The notes beneath the pieces were generated by a model that was given only the letters and a program-made list of their open reading frames with translations, did no database searches and was not told the origin of the DNA. A stretch of 57,616 bases of DNA, counting the filler, from Porpidia crustulata (lineage: Eukaryota), in the NCBI GenBank assembly GCA_964255105.1. It is 3 parts of 3 records of this genome, joined end to end, with 100 filler letters (N's around TTAATTAATTAA, not from the genome) between each part and the next. Parts side by side here need not be neighbours in the genome. Positions count along the whole stretch, not along the records: positions 19,282 to 38,446 come from CAXUWE010000150.1; 2 more parts are not named here. One strand, 5' to 3'. This document shows positions 23,144 to 36,357 of this stretch, one piece after another. Each line of letters starts with the position of its first letter. The first letter of the stretch is position 1. The position numbers were made by a program, and so were the translations under genes.

Positions 23144-26100
23144 TGCAATTAGAAGAACCCATGAACTAATTCAGCTTGTACGTAGAATCAATCTGGTGCC
23201 TTGAATTATCGTTAAAAGCGTTTCCCGGTTTACCCGTAAAAGAAAAAACAGGAGTCAATGCTGACAGGTATGCCAGGCACGCTAGGCTTTCGAACACAGA
23301 TTCCGCAGATGGATAAGTTGCAGAGCAGCGGGTGAAGAAAAAATGGATAGTTCAGAGGTTCTACCCGCCTCGAGAAACCTCATCAAGTTTAGTACACACA
23401 AAGCTTCATCAATAGAATAATTATTAAAGACTCGATAAACTACATGTCGTGAATTATTCTAATCGTTAAGTTAATAAATTTGAATCAGATTTGCTTATAT
23501 GATTGGTGCAGTATCTCAGGACGGGTGGAACTTCTGAACTATCATTTTTTTCTTCACCCGCGTGCAGAGGTCCATTAGTCACGTCCAACGAGGTCTAATT
23601 GAGCGTGAAGCTTTCATCTAGTGGACCTGTACAGAAGCAATACTGGGATCGGGACTGAATAAACCGTATTCGTTAAGTATAAATGTCTCACTGGAAAAAC
23701 AGATAGCATGATTGAGCCCGCGCCTGTAGCACGCTAGGAACATCAGAACAATTATAATTGACAAATCATCGAGTACGAGCACAACTAATGAAGTCTGTAA
23801 TTAAGATCACTCCGTATGCTGGAAATCGCAACGAGATTAGAGAAATCATGGCTCAAGTGACCTTTCGCCCTCCGTGCTCGAAAACAAATCAAGTCAGAGC
23901 ATCAGTGAGCTACAGATCTTGGCCCATAGCACTATCTCGAAACTCCGACAGGGACTTGGTGGTGGTTTTCTCCATCGGGTCCCTCTGGCCGAACAAGAAC
24001 TTCTTCTCTCGACCATGACTGAGCTTGATGTAATGATATAGCCGCTGTTGCGGAGGGCTACGTCCCATTGAATGCACTAATTCCGCGGAGAAAAGAAGTC
24101 TCATGACAAAGCGCAAAGTTTACGGCCAACGGACAATCTGACTGACACTCGAGAGTAGACGCGAGACGACATTGAGACGTCATATGACGGGAGAGCATCA
24201 TGGGAGGACTTGAAGCCGGACACTCTTTCCATCACCTGTGGCCGTCATCCTTGCACCTTGCAGGTTCGGGGTGGAGGTGAACCATTGATGCTTATTCATG
24301 AGGTCGAGGAGATGTTTTCTGGTTGATCTGCGAAATGGGATGTGATGGAGCGGAAGGCATTTTAAAGTTTGATTGTATGTATGGATCGACAAGCCAAGGA
24401 GTCGGGGACGTTCTGCCTCAGGCTAGCTCGTCAATTCCGGGGATGGTGCAGCCAAATCAAGTCCCAAAAGGGGTGCGCGTGGGGTTAAAGCAGTTAGAAC
24501 CCACCACTAAGGCACTTGCTTATGCCAGTTTGACTGTATGGCTGTCCCCAAGACTGAAAAGACTCGCCGTTTAAGAAGAGCAGTTCAAATACTAAGCTTT
24601 GGTACTAGGGTCGGTCATCCAACGGTTCAGTAGTACGAACAATGTCGTGTGATGAAAGCGGATGGAATGGAATCATCTTGCTCCATGGGTGCTTGCTGGC
24701 CCATCATAGCCAAACCAACCACCAAAGCAAGCTGACGACCCGAAGGAGGGAAGGGTAGTTCCGCGACCGTGAACGATATGTGGCATTCGGCGGCTTGCCA
24801 TGCCTACCGATCCGTCTGCAAGCCTCGTCACAGAATAAAGATTTCACTATTTGAGGTTTAAGTCACACAAAGCTGTAGGGAAATCCCTTGCAATTCCTCG
24901 TAAATTGTCAATTTCTCCGAACAATTGGACCAATCCCCCACATAACCGGCCCGCTCGTCAGCTCTCGTTAAGACTCTCAGTCTCAACCCCAGAGACGATC
25001 GTACAAGCAGAAGATTACGACTATTTACTTAGACCCTGAGTCCACTACATACGCCCTGACTTTGTAATTTTAATTCCTACTGTCATTATTGCTCTCACAT
25101 GGGGCACTCCCCCGATCCAACCTACCGGTTACCACCGGTCTCTTGCGTACCCGGACCATACTATCGAGAACACTAAGTAGTAGTGAGGGACCGAACCTTC
25201 AAACCATTCACCCATTGCTATTTGTAGGGGTTTCAGAGTTGGAGGCCAACAACTAGGCGTTGCCATAGAGCTACCAATGATAATCTCTAAAAAAACCTCA
25301 GATAAATCCACACTATTGCAACACACCATTGTTTTATTGATTTGGGAGAAGCAATAATGCATACGCGCTTTTGCTCTGGCGATGATTCTTAATGGCGGCC
25401 CAAGGTGATGAGGTCCGCATGAAGTCATTGTGTGTATGCAGTTGAAGCGAAAGGGAAAAGCTTCGAATCCTTGTCTGTGCTGACTGGCGAATAGAGGGGC
25501 ACAGGGGTCATGGTTCAGGTCATGATTTTGATGTGGCCTTCGCAATTCTGACTTATTCTCCGGGAAATCGTCAGATCCCCAGATTGTCATTTGAGATGTG
25601 ACCAATAATGAGTCGCAGTCGAAATTGCTTTCCGAGGTGGCCTCTTCACGGCCTCGTTGTGTTCAAATCAGGTCAGTGACAGGTCATCGAGCATCACAGT
25701 TCTCTCACGCACGTATCTACCAACGTTTCTGCATAAGCTGCGGCCGTCAGTGGGCTTTTTGCGCGTGGCTTTGAACGTCCAACCTCTCTAGAGGCCTTAC
25801 TATGTACTATTCTGCAGGCCCTAGTCCACCCCCAGCCAAAGAACCTCTAAGGCTTAAACTCCTACTAAGGTGATTGGGAAGAGCTAACAACGATCCGGCT
25901 CCAGGGGAAGGATAGGCCTCGACCTTCCCTGCACTGTGTTCTATGCACACTCCCACTACACTAGCACTACTACTACTACTCCAACGACCAACTACACTAG
26001 ACCTCGTAACTCTATCAGCGACTATCGCCCTGCTCTTCTCCCTTTTGTCGCCCTTCTCACTGGCCCCTGGCCGTTGTCGGTGCCCAATCCCTCATGCTGC

Positions 26101-26948
26101 ACACCCAATTGACTTTATAGACGTCTGAGTTGGGAAATCGTTGTAGAATTGATTTCTGCGTCTTTGACTTCTTCATAAACACTCTTTACCAGCAGCGAGA
26201 TCATCAAACTTATAGCATCATTTCAAACCCATTTCCCGAAACATTGTGATCGTGCGGGATCTAGCCATAGTGTTCCCTAGAGCGTATCTGATCCAACTGT
26301 TAGACTGCTGGGATTTCTTGATACCCCAAGCCCGCGTTTCCCCCCCTCCCCTAACTCGAGATTCAGAGCAACGATAGTCATCGACTCCGACGATCATTGT
26401 ATCCAACTTCAAAGGGTCTTCTACCGGACAACTTTTCCTTTTCCTTGCTACCAACGGCGTTATTTGTTCTAGTCGTTACTTCTCTCCAGGCGTGGCCCTT
26501 GCGTACATCCCGTCTGATTTATATTCACTTCATTTCGAAACGCGACTTTCGCTAGATCCCGTGACACTGTCCTGGCAAACATCGAGTCTCAGATACCTGT
26601 TCGGCTAGAATTGACCTTGCTGCTCGCCGCGGAATGCTGGCATGAACACGTTTGAGACCGGTATGCTACCTATCCCTCTCAGCATTCCCGGTCTTATTTC
26701 CATTCCCATTCCCTACACAAACATAACAGCCGAAGTTCAAGAACGCTGATTTTCGTCAAGGTTTGCCCAGCGAAGCTCACGTACGTCCACGGAGTACTCA
26801 CTAGGTTCTGTCGGATCCGGAATTGGACGACGAGGATATTAGGAACCACAGCCGACAAGCTCGTGCACTGTCCGCAAGTGGACAACGAACCTGAAGCTCA
26901 CCAAACTCATGTGCACAAACCTTCAGAGCTGGGATAGCGTCGAGAGCA

Positions 26949-29900
26949 ATGGAGCAACCCCTTCGCGAAAATATCTATGTTGCGCCTCTGCACATCAGCA
27001 AGGATAGCTCACGAACCCCAAGCAGCAATTCTGATAGCTCTCAGACCACTGCGACACTCTGTCAGAGCAACTTGTCGCCCCAGAAGAGTGGACAAATTAC
27101 ACCGCCTTTGACGCCGCACGGTTCGGCAGAGAATCTCATTTCCAAATCCGACACGCATCCGTCTGGATTTCGCACCTATCTACGCGCCTTTTACCCTTTC
27201 CATCCGCCTTGGGACGAAAACTCTTCGACTGTCACATTGCCGCTGAACCAAGGAGATGTGATACTTGTTCACTCAATACACATCAATGGCTGGGCTGATG
27301 GCACGTTGTTGATGTCAGGCGCTCGTGGATGGCTACCCACAAATTACTGCGAGGTTTACGATGTTGAGCCCATCCGCAACCTCCTCGAAGCCTTAACAAG
27401 CTTTTGGGACTTGGTCAGAGGTGGTAGCAACGGTAGTCTAGAAGCGCTTACGAGTCAAGATTATGTACGAGGCCTCGTTGCGGGGGTGCGATGTCTACTG
27501 GTATGTTCAAGATGGATATGGAAAAGATTCTCCCAAAGAATCGTATAACTCATTAGACTTGTAGGAACGAACTAGCTGTCTCAATCGTGAATCATCCACT
27601 GTCCAATCACACAATGGCCTTCGACGCAATCGCAAGGCTCTTCTATCAAACCTTTCTTCACTGGTCAAGACCGCCAAAGGTCTTGAGATCGTTGCAAAAG
27701 AAATCAGTGCAGACCAAGTCGTGGATCTAGATTTGGACGAGCTAATTCTCCAGGCATTCAAAATAGTCCTCCGAGGGATTAAGTTTCTAGACATTTGGGA
27801 AGAGGATGTTGGTTTTGCGCAGAACCCCGAGGCATTCAATTGCTCTGTGAACAATGCTCAAGGAGACACTGCGGTCCCGCCTACGCCACCTGCGGACGTC
27901 CCTAACTTTGGAAACTCAGAGACTATGGAAAGCCAATTAGACGTGACACATCAAACAAACACAGCAAATGAAGAAGATGCAAGGGATGTCGGTCAAAATC
28001 GAACCAGTACCCGACCGGACGATAGCCGCATATCACACATGAATTTGATTCGACCAACCTCTATGCAGAGCAAAAGAGCGTCAGTTTCTCACCGCATTTC
28101 ATGTAGGATCAACTCGACATGGTTCCCGGATGTAGATCTTGCATCCGCAAAACTAAGCAATTATCATGATATTTTCCTAGGCCTTCTAGGCTGCTTCATC
28201 GGCCTTCACTTGCAGTCCCGTTCGTCTTCCGAACTGCTTCTCACAACTCAGCAGTCAGTAAGGTCGTGTCGGAATTTACTGACTGTGGTCGAGGAAATAT
28301 GGGACCGTGATTTACATTGCTCGGAGTTGCTGGGAGAAGCGCGAGACAATATGTACAGCAGAATCACAGACCTGGTAGAAGCCGCTCGCGAAATCTTCCG
28401 CCCTGCTGGTTATGAAGAAGAAGAAGAAGAGTTTATGCCCAGCGAAGGTAAAGCCTTGGTCGATGCTGCGACTGCATGCGTTAGGGGCGCCGGCGAATGC
28501 GTTGCTGAATCCCGATTTGTCCTCGAACGGATCGGAGATTTTACCTTTGAGCCTTTTGGGCTCCGCCTATCGGGATCAGGTCTAGAGGGTATTGACTCAT
28601 TTCCTCTTTCGGATGCAACCCTCAGTAAGATTAGAGATGAAGAACGTGCCCTTCAGATTGAGTCACTATATGGCGTGCCCGAGCCGCCTAGCAGGTCTCC
28701 ACCTCCACCTGGTCAAGTTCTGATAGAGAATCCCCCCAACGCCTCAGCAGCACTCGAAAGTCTCGCTGGGCTCGATGTGTCATCGGACACACCGGCTAAG
28801 GACGAGACACTTGCTTCACGGCCCACTTCGTTTCAAGCTCTATTACCTCAGCTTCCACACCTAGTGGGACCATTGCTCTCGCGGGATGAATGTCCATCGC
28901 GATCGTCGTTTATCAGTTGCGTTGAAATACAGAGCAGTCCAGCCGAGCAATCACCCGCCGATAGCTTCGATCTCTCTAGTGCTGCGGGTAGTAGCACCTA
29001 CATCGGTAGTATGCGCGACTCGGAAACCAGTTTGGTATCGCAGACTTCCACCAGAGCTACGTCGCCGGATGTGACGTTTGCCCCAAGTCTCGGAATAACT
29101 GTACTCTCTGATGCTACAGCGACCAGCCAGTTGACACTTAGCGAAGATGTCGAAGCCCAGGTGCTGGAAAAAACCTTTGCCCACCAGCTGGTCTACAATA
29201 AAGATGGGCAGATAAGTGGTGGAACGCTTCCAGCTTTGATTGAGCGTCTTACAACCTACGACTCAACGCCGGACGCTACGTTTGTCTCAACGTTTTACCT
29301 TACTTTCCGTCTATTCGCCCAACCTATTGAATTTGCCCAAGCACTAGTCGACAGATTCAATTATGTTGGCGAAAGTTCCCGTGTTGCTGGTCCAGTCCGC
29401 CTTAGGGTCTCCAACGTTTTCAAAGGATGGTTAGAGTCACACTGGCGTCCAGACTGCGATACCCCTGCACTCAAATTAATACTCCCTTTTGCAACGAGGC
29501 AGCTTCAGCTTGTACTTCCCACCGCAGGAAAGCGGCTTGCTAATTTGGTCGAAAAGGTTCGCGCTGTTGACTCGCCGCTTGTCCCACGCTTGATATCCTC
29601 CATTGGTAAAACGAATACTTCAATTGCCACGTATATAGCGCCTGACACTCCACTACCGGCACCGATTGTAACCAGAAGTCAACTCGCAGCTCTGAGAAGT
29701 TGGAAGTATGGAGGTAGTAATATTAGCATTCTCGATTTTGATGCCCTCGAACTTGCTCGCCAGTTCACCATTAAGGAATCTCAAATTTTCTGCTCAATTT
29801 TACCAGAGGAGCTACTTGCGACAGAGTGGATGAAGAATTCCGGCTCGAGGGCGGTGAACGTTCGAGCCATGTCACGACTTTCGACAGATCTTGCAAATCT

Positions 29901-30606
29901 AGTCGCCGACTGCATTCTTCAGCTCGATGATATCAAACAGCGAGCTAAAGTAATTAAGAGATGGGTGAAAATAGCGTCCAAGTGTCTTGATTTGGCCAAC
30001 TACGACTCCTTGATGGCTATCATCTGCTCGCTAAATTCCTCAACTATCCTCCGCCTCAAGAGGACATGGGAACTAGTTTCCTCGAAAACCAGGGCGACCC
30101 TAGAACACCTCAAAGAGATAGTAGACGTATCACGGAACTATGCCATACTTCGACAGCGCCTACAAAATCACACACCTCCATGCCTTCCATTTGTCGGAAC
30201 CTACCTTACCGACCTTACTTTCGTTGACGTTGGAAACCAAACGACACGCCAGCTCCATGGCAATGGGCTCGAGGCTAGCATTGCCGTCATCAATTTCGAT
30301 AAGCACATGAAAACAGCAAAAATAATTAGTGAGCTGCAACGATTCCAGGTTCCCTATCGATTTGTTGAAGTACCAGAGCTCCAAACCTGGATGCAAGATC
30401 AGTTGGTCCGCGTCCGCTCATCGGACCAGAGTAACATACAGAGCTACTACAGACGCTCTTTGCTGCTTGAACCTCGCGAGCAGATGCAGAATAAACCATT
30501 GCCCGCGGAACCACAAATCTCAACTTCTCGGGATAAATTCGAACGCTTTGGACTTGGATGGGCCCACTCAAAGGCCACGACGCCAAGGACACCGACACCT
30601 ACGTAA
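26949..30606 (+). CDS. Ras-family guanine nucleotide exchange factor, SH3 + RasGEF_N (REM) + CDC25 catalytic domain (Cdc25/Bud5 family); exons 26949-27500, 27565-30606
   Basis: SH3: YLRAFYPF...GWADGTL...RGWLPTNYC. REM: GGTLPALIERLT...FYLTFRLF. CDC25: ELARQFTI...NYDSLMAIICSL...RLKRTW...PCLPFVGTYLTDLTF...INFDK. The GTATGT...GTAG intron is in phase. The exact start codon is uncertain. Confidence 0.92.
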
Positions 30607-31271
30607 GCCTCGGTCAACATTCGCTGCATGCGCAACAACCACCTTACATCTCTCTTTTCAAAAGGTCTTCGGTATCTGGCGTAGGACAATAGGTGCAGGC
30701 TGGGACGTCTTTTAGGATTCCCCGGGCCAGTAGCGCCCATGCATTTTCTTCAATTCTCAAGAGGCCAGAGTTGCCTTTGTTTTCGTATCATCTTCATGTG
30801 TATCATACTAGAGGTCAGCGTCTGTGAAAGCTGCTGTATTTTTGATGACAGGAAGTACCGGGAAAGCAACGAGCTTGTACTGGCTCGCAGTGCGGACGCT
30901 ATTGGCGTCAGTGCTATCTTTGGGCGGTTGCTCTGATTTATTCGCTCGGGATACCCCTAAAAGGATGCGCTCATTAGAAGTGGAAGGTTGCCAGAGTAAA
31001 TACAAGGCAAATTCGCATCCAGCCATATCACAAAAGCCGAGAGAAAGTGAAAACTATTCGCACTCATGGAAGGGTCACTTTCTTTTCGTAACCCGTAGCA
31101 CATTCATACCCCATTACTGTGACTAGATAACAAGAAAGATTTCGACGCACATGTAACATCTAGGCATTCCTTCCGCTTCCTTTGATCGGCTGTTGAAAGT
31201 GAGGCATCTTTTTATGCTAGGCAACCGATGCAAGTAAACAGATTCATCCAAATCCTACCCCCACAAAAGCC

Positions 31272-33159
31272 ATGCCCAACGACTTGAAGCGCAGCCCAGG
31301 TTCCAGAGATGGTTCTCTATCTCCCCCACCAGTAAAGCGCAAATTCGAGTCCACCACGACAAGTATATATATACTTCCGAGCCTACTTGGGATCTGACAG
31401 ATTGTTGACCTTTTTTCGCAGAAAAAGCCGTGGCCAGCTTCTTCACCCCCACGTCGAAGAAGGAGCCTGAAAAAATCAATTGGCGTGTGGTCAATAATAC
31501 TCTGCTCATTGGAAAATACGATCTCTACGCCGGCGTTCAGTCAGTGGAATCGTCTCCGAAGAGACGGAAAATTGCAGCCTTTGATTTAGTGAGTCGTTCT
31601 AGGCAGTCTCGTGGACTACTCAAAAGCCAAGGCACCTTGATACTTATCAAACTGGTTCAGGATTCGACGCTCGTTCAGACCGTGTCTGGCAATATTTTCT
31701 CGAAAGATTCTACAGATTGGCGATGGTGGCACCCCAGTGTCCCGAGCGTTTTGAAAAAATTATACGCAGATGGGTGTGTGACTTGGAAGCACCTCACTGC
31801 TCACGGTTTCTATGTAATCATGTGTGACTGACTAGAAGGCCCTCATAGCTATCTAGTTGTGATCCTAACGAACCAAGGGAGCGTGGCTCTTGAAACCGAC
31901 CACAAAGCCCTCAAGAGCGACAAACGACCCAAAAGTCTTCCAACCTTCAAGGCCAAAGTTGCTTCTGTCTTTGACCAGCTGGACATTCCCATCGCGCTGT
32001 TCGCCGCGACAAGTCGTGATCAGTATCGAAAGCCACGGACTGGAATGTGGAACGAAGTCCTTGAAGATTTCGATTTAGATGTTCAAGATGGCCCGGACTT
32101 GGAGGCTTGTTTCTTCATCGGTGATGCTGGTGGACGTCCAGCAAGGACTACAAATAAAGCCGATCATTCTTGTTCAGATAGGTGGCTTAATGGAAGAAAT
32201 CTCATCGACTGGAGTACGCTGACGGAGAGTCAGGAATTTCGCGGCAAACGTGGGTATAGCATTTCATACACCAGAAGAGTACTTTCTACACGAGTCACCG
32301 CATCCCTTTACGAGAGATTTTGACCCCAGCACTTACCTCACACCAGCGTCGAGTACATCTACATATACGTGTCAGTCTAGCTAGCCCTCGCCTAGCTGGA
32401 AGACCAAATTGACAAGTAGCCAGCTCCTATCTTGATAGAGAAGAAGAATTCCGTAGATATCGTTATCTTCTGCGGCAGCCCAGGCTCTGGGAAGTCGACT
32501 TTTTACTGGCAAAGCTTGAAACCTTTGGGCTACGATCGGGTCAATCAAGACGTGCTGAAGACGGTTGATAACTCTTTCTCCTAGAACGTTCATTCCCTGC
32601 AGGCGAGACTTTAATAGAGTTCCAGCTAACGGGGGTTCTTTGTAGCGGGAGAAATGTCTGAAGGTGGCTTCGGCATCACTCTCAGAGAGCACTTCTGTAG
32701 CCGTGGGTGAGTATTCCAAACGCTCCCGACACACTCGCCTCTCACAAAATGCCCCCAGACAACACCAACGCAGACCCCGACACTCGGGCAGTGTGGATCG
32801 AACTCGCTCGAAAACACAATGTGCCCATCCGATGCGTGCACTTCACCGCACCCACGAAGCTCTGCGAGCACAACGACACCGTCCGGGCGCTGTCGGACAG
32901 CATCTTCAACCCAGAGAAACGAAGCATCCTCCCGCGCGCCGCCTTCGCCGGCTTTGGGTCGCGGTTTAAGGAACCCCGGATGAAGGAGGGATTCCAGGAC
33001 ATCACACGCATCGAGTTCCAGGTATGTGCACAAGCCCCATTAATTGCCAGGGTTCAGCACGCCACTGTCGTCGCAACTCTACTAACCAGGGTGTGAAAAT
33101 CTCAACAGTTCAGAGGCAATGAGGAGCAGCAGAGATTGTGGGCTAAGCACTGGATTTAG
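31272..33159 (+). CDS. pnk1: Bifunctional polynucleotide kinase 3'-phosphatase (about 9 exons)
   Basis: HAD motif AAFDL/DSTL is split by an intron. Also present: DWRWW, TNQG, YRKPRTGMW, FIGDAGGR, DHSCSDR; kinase P-loop CGSPGSGKSTF; RVNQD, DNTN, CEHND; C-terminal EGFQDI...LWAKHWI*. Confidence 0.93.
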
Positions 33160-36100
33160 AGAGAAAGAGAGCAAGAGAGAAATGATGGGGACCCACTGCT
33201 TGCGTAGGCCTCGGTATGAGTACACTTAGAAGTTTTAGTGCTGAAGTCCTAGGTAATTACCTCGGACCCTACCCAGCTTCTTTCGGAGCATTTTTCTCCA
33301 TCTTTGCACGGACCGTCTGTGTAAGTTTGGCGTGCACAGGCATCAACCTGGCGATAGCCGTTGGAATTGTTATTTCTCCGACGCGGCCGTTGCATGGCAG
33401 AAACATGGGAATTTGGGAATTTCTAGGATAGAGGACCTGAAGAAGTGTATTTTTGGTCTAAAATCAACAGTTCAGCTCTCCACGATGCAATTACAACCTC
33501 TCAACAATTGACTAAGCGGATGCAGCAAGCTCCTGCCTAGGTACCTACAGTGCTCAATCAAGATCATTCCACTTCAACGGCATTATGCAAGATTCATGCG
33601 ACAGCAATATGCAAAATACACGCTCGTGAGGCCATCAAATCCATGCTCTTCGCCATCCAATCAATTAAATTAAATCCCATTGTCTTTTGTCAATCCATCG
33701 TGACCCCTCTCCACAGGAACAGAGATTTGGGGAGAGAAAAAAGAAAAAGAAAGAAAAATAGCACCCGATCCTTAGTACCTGGAGAACGTTTTAAAGTCAA
33801 CAGATGGCATCGCCCCGTTGTTCCCGTTCATCAGGATCGGAGCTACGAGAGTGGTGCCAATGATATCACCCTGAGGGCAAGTTTGCTAGGAATTGCCGTT
33901 CCTGGATCTTGACGCCCATTGCCACTACCCTACTAGACTACTCTGAAGGGAAATTCGAGTGGCGAATCAGGTCACGCTTATGTCAGGAATTCAACGATTT
34001 TTTCCTCCAATCATAATGATGACGAGGAAAGACCTCAATAGGAATAGCCAATAATCATTATGATTTCGTCGCGCCCATACCATCACTTGACAACATGATC
34101 ACAGCGCGTCGTGTACCTACCAATTCCACCTCACACAGTCACTACATGTGAGGTCTTGAAACACTTTTTTACACGACAGTTTCGTCCGTACGGATTGATC
34201 TGAACATAAAGGTGTGGTTACCGCAAGACTGTCGTCGCCCTTTAGAAGCGAGCTACGGTCGTTACTACGGTCCGGGACCCGGTTCTAGAGTCCAAGTTCG
34301 CGGACCCTTTCTTTTTCACCTCGGCCCCTGCTCGCCCTGAGAGATGAGCGCGATTTCGTAATACTACCTACCAATCAGTCCTCACGCTGGCTCCACTACT
34401 TAGCCCAGCAATTCTTTCCTTTTACCTTGACCGCAATTTTTCTTACATCACACCAGACGAATGCCTGAACCAGCACAGCAGCAGCGTCTCTTCACTACTT
34501 TGGGTCTACATGCGTCGGTCAAGCGAACCAGACACCTGCCAAGGGATATGGCAGCTTTCAATGGCTCAAGTGGGATGTCGAGCTGCAAGGCTGACGTTGT
34601 GGAACGCGGAGCGCCCTATGAGCGAGCACGAAAGAAGTGGCTGGGAAGGATTATGATTGGCCGGGATCACTACACCCAAATTCGAACATCGGCTCCACAA
34701 GCCTCGATTGGAGCCCTGCAGGGGCCGGCATCTCAGAACTTCCATTGCCCTGACGAGCTTGAAAGGCCGGCTGGGCAGAAGAGATCCACCCCGACCAACT
34801 CGTCTCCTCCTGTGTGGGACTTGTCGCATCCCCAAATCTCAACTTGATTCGCCCGGATTGGATAGGATTTGCTCGCGCATCGAATGAAGTCCCTCAATGG
34901 CGGTCACCTGATGCAACAGTGACCTGCAGATAGAGAAGTAGACGTGCGCCATGCAGCTGTCAAAAAGGCGGTAGATGATTGTTGAATTTAGCATCCCATT
35001 GACAGCATCAATAAAGGCAATCAAAATCCGTCAGTCAGCATGCAAGAGCGACTGCATCAATACTGTCCAGCAATATCTAGATGCGCATGCGGCCGTGTCA
35101 TCGCGAATTCGCGAAATGTCGGCCTAGCATTCATTGGAGCTTTCGTTCACGTCTCCTCACTTCTCCTCACTTCTCCTCAATTGAGAAGTGTTGGGGGATC
35201 TAGCGATGCTGCTGTTGTGACCTGAAATCTGTGGCTTTGAGGACTTTGGAGCCACTTGTTATGACTGCAGTGAATCTTTCAGAGTTGAGCTTCTCAACGG
35301 TGTCATCTCCGGAAGTTCCGGGGAGCATGTTCTTGCCCTTGCCAATGAACGATTAATTACCGCAAGGAGAGCATGGTATCACCCGCTCGGCGATGAGGAT
35401 GAGATCCTAGTTCCCAGCCCATTCAGGGCCTTATCATTATGTCTAGGGATCCCCGTCTTAAGACACGCCCTAGAAGTCTCAACTCCCAAGAAACGAACGG
35501 CATTCTGGGCCATTCTGTTAAGCCACTGACACAACATCTGCAGGCTGTAGAGTAGCCCTTGTAGCGTAGAACTTGTACCTTGGCTAGGGGAGTCCTGCCC
35601 TGGCTATTCGACGTTTTCCCACCATCCTGGTCTTCCCCGTGCCCCGGTACATGGGACAGGGGCCTATCATTGACCTTTTACCCATTTGCAAGGCTCTGCA
35701 ACGGCCCGCGACCTGCGATTGAGGGTCTCCCCGTCTCCCTCTCCCCATCAAACGGGAAAATTAAAGATGAAGGACGGCTTTCCACTTAAGATCCCCAGAA
35801 TTCACAAAGAAATAACACCAACGGATAAACATTTCTGGCCCGACCACGTTACCATCTCTCAGCATACTGTCTTTTCATTGCCTAAATCAACCCATTGAAG
35901 CCCAATTGAAGAATTGTCTCAAGCCGCGTGTCACTAGACTATACTGCTCGCGGATTCATAGGCCATTGTCACGGGGTATGTTTTCGCTCGTTTCATACTC
36001 GCGCGCATGTTACCTTGTGCTTCGCCTCCAACGCACCTGGCAGATCTACCGCTCGCCATGTGTTTGGTGAGAGATGGCCAATGCACATGACCTTCAAACG

Positions 36101-36357
36101 CATAATATGGCTAACATTGATGCCAACAGACTCTAGGATACACCATCGCTCGTCGCCCGCAGAATCAAGTTTCGGTCAATCTAGTCGTCGAAAATACCAT
36201 TGGCTCGAGCATAGCCACGTATTGACCATACTTGGACTGCGACTACTGGATTACGTCCCTTCCAAATTCTACAAAATTTAGTTCATTGTCAACAATAGCA
36301 ACCATGATTGCGCGTCTATAACCTTTTCCAAGCCCAGTCACTCTTTCCACATCAATA

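Noticed and set aside
23150..26900. Short ORFs (e.g. 25129-25605, -) between ALG14 and the RasGEF
   Set aside because: They have no recognisable motifs or consistent splice structure, and are probably the promoter/5' UTR of the RasGEF.
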